Shown: piece after piece, positions 60,526-64,000 of the stretch
Position numbering within the stretch: the first letter of the stretch is position 1
How the letters are laid out: every line of letters begins with the position of its first letter
Source: Lama guanicoe
Taxonomy: Eukaryota
Assembly: GCA_013239625.1 (NCBI GenBank)
Contig: MU055362.1
Coordinates: 2,681,430-2,745,429, forward strand
Direction: 5' to 3'
DNA length: 64,000 nt
The notes under the pieces: generated by a model
Told to the model about the DNA's origin: nothing
Databases searched by the model: none
The model's input: the letters and a program-made list of their open reading frames with translations, nothing else
Position numbers and translations under genes: made by a program

Positions 60526-63194
60526 TCCATATTTCCCAGTTTCTTTAAAGGGTCTGGATTTTAAAATGACATTAAAATAAATTTTAAAATAAGAATAGAA
60601 AACCACCATAATAACTCTCGTCTTGTTTTTGCATTTCAGTCCTCTGTCTTTGTATCTGCATTTTCAGAGCTTTATTCATAATCAACATATAAATCAAAGT
60701 TCTTTTTTCTTAAATGTACCGCCTTGCCCATTTCCTCCTGTATTTAGCTATATCAATTTCAAGTAACTGTAACATCCTACTATATAGAAGTACCATAACT
60801 TACTAGGTTCTGTTAAGATTTATTGGATTCAAGTTTGTGGAAATGTGACCTGATTTCAGGTTTCTTGTTCTTGTTCAGGGAAACTGACCCTGTTTTGGCC
60901 TCAGTTATATTCCTTCAATTAATATAACTTAGCCCCTCCACTGGTTTCCATGAGAAATACGAGCAGAACAAGCACTTTTGGGCCATTTTAACAGAAGATC
61001 TATGGGCCTAGTCAGGGGTCACATTGCCCAGCGTAGAATCCTTTACTTGAAAAATCCTCATTAACCGCGATCTCTTCTCTATAAAGGACCACCAATCCAA
61101 CTCCCTCTGCCCCTTCCCATACACCATGTCCAGCCTTCTTTCTCAGTTTCATGAAAGTTCATGAAAATTCTCATTCTTGTGTTATTCAGAGCAGAGCACT
61201 TTGCCCCAGCAACCTCTTCCACTGTGCAGAACCAAACTCCGTAAAACAGAGTCCTCCAGGTATGGGATACACCCTCCTGGGTGGATACAAAGCATAGGAT
61301 ATTATAAATAACATCCCTCAAACCACTCTCCATCTCCAGCCCAGACTACGTAAAGGATGGAGATAAGAGAAAAGTGGTGCACACAGCACGGGACTCACTA
61401 TGCGCTCCCTACGTCTCTTGGGGTGAAGCTTAGTTCGAGTCTCTGGGATGCTCTGTCCATGAGCACCAGTAGCCACCCAATCTAAGGTCTATCAAGGCTG
61501 GGCTTATATTTGAAGGTGTTGATAGGGGCTGGCTTTTGGCATGTGGAAGGGGAAATGTGGACAATTAGGAGCTTTCATGGCAATGCATATATTTGGAATA
61601 GAGTTCCTGGTCCTGGGATACTGCCCGGGCAAGTGTGGCTCTCAGGGAAGCTGAGATGCCTGCTCATCTTAAAGGAGTCGCTGCTGCAGGCCGAGTGCTC
61701 CTCTCTTCCTTCTTTCCATCTTCTGGAACCAGTGTCTTGATGGTGCCAGACTCTTACTTTTCATGGCCAGTTATTGGCATTCTCTGGGTTGAAGAAACCC
61801 GGATCAAATTGGCCTAAGCAAGAACGGGTTCATGCTCAAACTGCTGGGAAGGGCCCCAGACAGCTTGTGGAGCTGGTAAGAGAGCTTCAGCAACCAGGTT
61901 CTGGCTAAAATTATACTCAAAACTGCAGTGACTTGCTCCCTTCCCTGAACGTCCCCATTTCATCTCATGCTTGGTGACAACTGACAACAGGCCCTTTTCT
62001 CCATGTTTCGGGGTGGGGAGCCACTGGAAGATTCCCCTTTGTGTCCTTCTGGCATCAGGACCTTCAGCTCCAAATTGGTACGTTTCAGAGGCAGACCAAG
62101 TGGTCCAGCCTGGGGGATCATGGCCTCCTCTGGACTGACCCTGCCCAGGAGAATTGGATACTGTGATGGGTCAGTCCCAGATGTGGAGATAAATAGTGGA
62201 AGTGGGGAGACTGGAAAGCTTGAGCATCAGATAGACAATCCTGTTCTGTAGCACGGGGGCCCACTCCTTCCTGCGTTCAGGAAATGGCTGCTCATACTGG
62301 TGACTCAGTTTTGAACTGATGTCTCCACAGACTCTGTCCAATTCCAGATCATTAAATCTCACTTACCTTGCTTAAGCTCAGGTAGGATTCTAACCATTTT
62401 GAAACTCTCTTTTAGAAATCATACTGAAATGAATGTGGTCATATGATCCATTACACATTAACACAAACTAACACCTTTCTACTTTCTGGTATAAAGGTGT
62501 TCACTCTCTGGGTATACATTTCATACAATGCCTGCGTGTATGATCAAACATGTCTAATTTGAATTACTTGTGGCAAAGGGCAGCCTGGGTTAGAAAAACA
62601 TCTGAGTCCTAATTTATATTTTAAATAACTCAAGTTTCCATGTTACTGCTTAGGGTTCTAACTGCAGACAAAGTCCGCTCTGGGTGGTTTAGGTAGAAAT
62701 GACTTATTAGGAAATCTAGCAAGCCCACAGAAGGGTTGGGATGGCTGATGAGATAGTCCTGAGGCCACACTTCAGGAATGAGTCCCAAAACCATGTTGCA
62801 GAACTCAGCTGCCAAGGGAGCTGCTGCCTCTCCATGGTCAGAAAGCTGCTGAACGGGGATACTGACAAGGCTAGGATCTGTCAGCAACGTGGGTACATTG
62901 CGCGTCTTCCTCTCCTTGTAATCCCTTCCCAAGTCGAAGTCTTGTGCAACTACCTCTCTCTCCCTGGGACTTTGTTCTCAGTCAAGGTCTTGTGCAAGTA
63001 CACGTGACTATTGGACATAAACCACACCTGCAACTCTAGGTGCAAGGGAGTTTGGGAAAGCCCTTGCATGAGCTTTCCAGGCTCTGTGCAGTAGAAGGGG
63101 GGTTTGGGGGTTGGAACAGATGTTGAATGAGCATCTTCTCTGTTTGGATTCCCCATAATGCCGCCCATGGAGAAGATGCTTGATAAATGTTGGT

Positions 63195-63480
63195 TCAAAT
63201 GTGCGTGTATTTGTGTGCCCAATATGATGGTATTTGGAGGTAGGGCCTTTGAGAGTTAATTGGGTCATGAAGGTGGACCCTCACAAATGAGATTAGTGCC
63301 TTTACAAATGAGACCTCAGAGGCTCCCTTGCTCCTTCTACCATGTAAGGTTACAGTGAGAAGATGGTCATGTACCAACCAGGAAGCAGCCTTGAACTTGG
63401 ACTTCCTGACCAAGGAATGAATTTCTTCTGTTTATAAACCACCCAATCTATGATGTAGCAGCTTGAACGGACCAAGACAG
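63195..63480 (+). mobile_element. MLT1A-like LTR
   Basis: 'gatggtatttggaggtagggcctttg...gggtcatgaaggtggaccctcac..atgagattagtgcc...tgtttataaaccaccca'. Confidence 0.85.
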
Positions 63481-64000
63481 TGTAAGAGTGAGAACAGAAA
63501 GCACTGAACTGGGAGTCAGCTGACCCTAATTCTGAGTAAATCCTCTTCTCTATCCGGGCATCACTTTCTTTATCTTTCAGGTTATGGAGTTTGACTAAAG
63601 GCTCTTGCAGTTTGAAATAGTCCATGATCCTCTGAATTTTTTGGTAACAACTAAGATCCAAGGAAGGAAATCAATGAAGTCGATGGTAGAAGCTTTTGGT
63701 TTTGATTTGCTGATACCTGCCCATTTTCCTAAAAGCGTCTGAGGAGATGGGGAATCTTTAGACATTTTCATGTTATGTATATGCACATCTTCACCTAAGG
63801 GAAAGTGGCAGTTCTTTTAAAAGTGTCAACTCATGAGCACCGTAGAAAAGCCAGGGACATTCCCTTCTGTCTCTGCCACCACTGACCCTGCTATTTGCCT
63901 GTCTACGCCACCTTTCCAAACTCCCTTGCATCCAGAACTGCAGAATAGTTCTGGCTTTGGAATCAGACTATCTTGTGACTTTAAGCTGGATAAAATATGT

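Noticed and set aside
1-64000. CRISPR array, operons, tRNA/rRNA genes or a prokaryotic defence system
   Set aside because: The sequence is mammalian; no regularly spaced repeats or structural RNA genes were seen.

Overview
Mammalian genomic DNA. The youngest L1 3' ends look camelid-type, which is recognition from memory and not a search result. I find no supportable intact protein-coding gene, tRNA, rRNA or CRISPR array, so the window reads as a gene desert or a long intron. It is dominated by eutherian interspersed repeats: MLT1/MLT2/MER21 LTRs, an ERVL gag remnant, L1, L2, MIR, and hAT/Tigger elements. It also holds a strong CTCF-type motif and several repeat-free blocks that look like enhancers. 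The most informative part is 39.8-54.1 kb. (i) A near full-length RPL12 processed pseudogene with 5' UTR and target-site duplication (TSD). (ii) An approximately 8 kb, TSD-bounded L1 insertion that appears to have 3'-transduced about 0.8 kb of a Buster/Charlie hAT transposase, and was later hit by several nested L1s. (iii) An 83 bp copy of the neighbouring pseudogene pasted into one of those L1s. (iv) A near-identical A-B-A'-A-B tandem duplication. Where it can be tested, the N runs have exactly the length of the missing sequence, so this looks like a masked or reference-guided consensus. I cannot support a novel functional gene system; the unusual signals are genome-evolution events. Repeat subfamily names come from memory of consensus sequences, and boundaries of old repeats are approximate.
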